Below are positions 62,823 through 64,000 of a DNA stretch of 64,000 nucleotides, piece after piece (positions within the stretch are counted from its first letter, which is position 1; each line of letters starts with the position of its first letter). The notes under the pieces are model-generated. The model was not told where the DNA came from. It was given only the letters and a program-made list of their open reading frames with translations, and did no database searches. This stretch comes from Scyliorhinus canicula. Lineage: Eukaryota. The stretch lies in contig NC_052154.1 in assembly GCF_902713615.1 (NCBI RefSeq), positions 63,409,652-63,473,651 on the forward strand. Reading direction: 5' to 3'. The translations under genes were made by a program, and so were the position numbers.

Positions 62823-64000
62823 GGGTGGGGTTCTCCATCCACCGACACTGAATTGTGAAACATGATTGGGCGGAGAATCGTGCGTGTGCCGGAAATCGGG
62901 GCTGTGTCCAATGGAATGGCATGCTCCGGTGCCTCGACAGCGGTATCAATGCAATCTACTCTGCACACCAGCATGGACATGCAGATTGTAAAGTAAATGC
63001 TTTTGGCATATCATTAATGGGCCCACCACGGTATTCTCTGGGCCTCCCGCGATGCTCCACCTCCACCAGGAGGAATGAACAACGGTAAGGATCACTCGTG
63101 GTATTTAAAATCAGGAAACAGTCACAGTGGCTGCTGAGGGAGAGAAAGAGGAGGTAGGACCTGTTCCCAAAGGAGCGATCGTGGGCTGCCGGTCCTGGGC
63201 TGGCAAGGCTGGCGGGGGGGTGGTGGCCTATGTCGGGCTGGCGGGGTAGTGCGGCGGGGGCGGGGGGGGGGGGTGACCAGGGAATGGGCCATGGGGTATC
63301 CGGGCACAGACCATCATTGCTGCAAGTCATAGAATAGAATTTACAGTGCAGAAGGAGGCCATTCAGTCCATCAAGTCTGCACCGGCTCTTGGAAAGAGCA
63401 CCCTACCCAAGGTCAACACCTCCACCCTATCCCCATAACCCAGTAACCCCACCCAACACTAAGGGCAATTCTGGACACTAAGGGGCAATTTATCATGGCC
63501 AACCCACCTAACCTGCACATCTTTGGACTGTGGGAGGAAACCGGAGCACCCGGAGGAAACCCATGCACACACGGGGAGGATGTGCAGACTCGACACAGAC
63601 AGTGACCCAAGCCGGAATCGAACCTGGGACCCTGGAGATGTGAAGCAATTGTGCTATCCACAATGCTACGACAAGGCAGGCATCTTGCTGCGCAACCCAC
63701 TAAGCCCAGAGTTACACCAGGAATAGTTAAATGGTTAGAATCTGCCTTGCCCTGGCGGATGCACTGAGCCTGTACGAGCAGCAGCTGCTTGGGGAGGGTC
63801 CTGCAGCATCGGAGCTTGCCCCAGAGGAACAGGAACCAGCCGGTGAGCATGGAAAGCTAGCCACCCAATGGGCCGAGGAGGAAGGGGGAAGGAGGTGCCG
63901 CATCAGACCTCGTGTGCACCTGTCATTCGAGGACCTGCCGGATTGGATGTGTCAAAGAGCAAGGGGACCGTACGGCATATCTGCCAGATCATGGCACACC
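62823..64000 (+). mobile_element. Decayed Harbinger transposon, left end with start of a HARBI1-like transposase
   Basis: TIR gggtggggttctcc. 63890-64000 reads, with frameshifts, RRCRIRPRV..HLSFEDLPDWMC...GTVRHICQIMAH, resembling Harbinger transposase N-termini. Runs off the window. Confidence 0.55.
63329..63670 (-). mobile_element. V-SINE (HE1-like) inserted in the Harbinger element
   Basis: Near-identical to 61826-62169. Confidence 0.88.

Noticed and set aside
59295-64000. Upstream dynein exons
   Set aside because: I found no minus-strand segment with dynein-like translation and splice sites; ORFs such as 60261..60443 look random.

Overview
Eukaryotic, repeat-rich vertebrate DNA. The V-SINE/HE1-type SINEs, CR1 and L1 LINEs point to an elasmobranch, probably a catshark-like genome (inference). 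The only host gene is on the minus strand: ten GT-AG internal exons (59294 down to 2461; 1,701 nt, 567 codons, phases consistent, no stops) encoding part of the N-terminal tail of an axonemal outer-arm dynein heavy chain of the DNAH5 type, possibly a divergent DNAH5-like paralog. The gene continues beyond both window ends. Its introns hold: a young full-length Ty3/Gypsy element (12951-17924; 266-bp LTRs differing at 2 CpG sites, 5-bp TSD, one in-frame TGA in gag-pol); at least six solo LTRs; a young 5'-truncated L1 with a 15-bp TSD; an internally deleted L1 derivative with its own TSD; older L1/CR1/Rex1/RTE-X-like LINEs; many V-SINEs with three different tails; PIF/Harbinger MITEs with a degenerate transposase; and small inverted-repeat Penelope-like inserts carrying minimal hammerhead-ribozyme motifs in the sense of the dynein pre-mRNA. 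I see no clearly new biological system. The ribozyme inserts, the dynein paralog question, the Gypsy stop/internal-promoter overlap and the deleted L1 are the best leads.
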